Part shown: positions 63,046 to 64,000 of the stretch, one piece after another
Layout: each line of letters starts with the position of its first letter
How positions within the stretch are numbered: the stretch's first letter is position 1
Origin: Callorhinchus milii
Lineage: Eukaryota
Direction: 5' to 3'
Length of the DNA stretch: 64,000 nucleotides
NCBI RefSeq assembly: GCF_018977255.1
Contig: NW_024704743.1
Location: forward strand, 58,592,001 to 58,656,000
Notes under the pieces: model-generated
Told to the model about the DNA's origin: nothing
Seen by the model: the letters and a program-made list of their open reading frames with translations, nothing else
Database searches by the model: none
Position numbers and translations under genes: made by a program

Positions 63046-64000
63046 TCATCAAAGTCATTCAGTTCCCTGCAGGTTTAGGGGTCTATACTTTGATACTCTG
63101 CTGGACTAAGCATACAATCTCTGCAACACCAATTGTCTATCCATGGCTACATTCTGCCAGTCCACTGAGTATGGACGTGATTCCCTGATGGGCTGTGTCT
63201 CCTCCCATTTGAAACCTTCAAAGGATTTGAATGGAAACAAAATTCCCCATCAAAGAAAGGCCATGTGACATAACTGAAAGCATTCTTTGCCACAAATAAT
63301 TTTGTCTTATTCCAGTAGCTGTAAAACATGTCATCAATACACAGCAAGGCAACATGATGCCACATTTCAAATATCAAGTGGAAGGTTGGATAGTACAAAA
63401 TTAAATGGAACAGGAAAAGTACAGCAATTGCATTTCCTTCTGTCAGTTTGACGAATGTAGAATGGCATTTACTAACAACATGAGGGTTTAGAATTTAGCA
63501 CTATTGTTATCTAAGTCCAAGACACAGAATGTCTTTCATTAGAAAGAGTATGGACGCAATTGTTATTTCAGTTTATTCATGGATTATTAATATCACAGCA
63601 CTACTCTTGAAATACAGATGCTATCTGTCTGAATAATATTACCAAGTATGTTGTTTTAAAGTTATGATTTTATTCTGTGCAGAGTTTAACACGGCCCATA
63701 TTAAGTTTGTGTTACAAAAACAATATATCTGCAGTTTTATGACTTCCAGTCAAGTCTGGGTTTAAACTTCCAATTTTCTGCCCACAATAGTAAGTGTAAC
63801 CTTTGTAATCTGTTGACACATCATGCTCTATTAATTTCAGTGAAGTGCATGCTGTTCTGTACATCTGAGTAACTTTTAATGTTCCGCATATCTATTTGTA
63901 AAATTGTTGAATTGAATTTAAAATAAACTTTTAAAAAGAGTTTCATCACCAGAAATAAATTCAGAAAAATAATTATCTGTTACAGTCTCCATATTATCCA

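Overview
This is vertebrate nuclear DNA: AT-rich, CpG-poor and saturated with decayed retroposons. It is most likely a cartilaginous fish, an inference from the SacSINE1/DeuSINE-type SINEs plus L2 and CR1 LINEs. There is no intact protein-coding gene, rRNA, true tRNA or CRISPR array; the longest ORFs in the track are LINE reverse-transcriptase fragments or their antisense frames, and the rest look like chance ORFs. The window reads as a very large intron or gene desert. It holds many 5'-truncated L2 and CR1 LINEs, two tRNA-headed SINE families sharing an L2-type 3' end, single Tx1-like, L1 and RTE relics, an LF-SINE-like element, and an unclassified ~600-bp interspersed repeat (5 pieces). Between the repeats are islands rich in homeobox/TALE/TCF/GATA motifs that look like conserved non-coding enhancers, and one well-formed 52-nt candidate exon on the minus strand (18754-18805). 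Several local rearrangements are directly visible: a 240-bp tandem duplication, a multi-step templated insertion, a tail-to-tail SINE/L2 hairpin, and nested insertions with target-site duplications (TSDs). I found no convincing wholly new biological system. Family names come from recalled consensus motifs, not database searches, and repeat boundaries are approximate (about +/-20 bp) unless a TSD is given.
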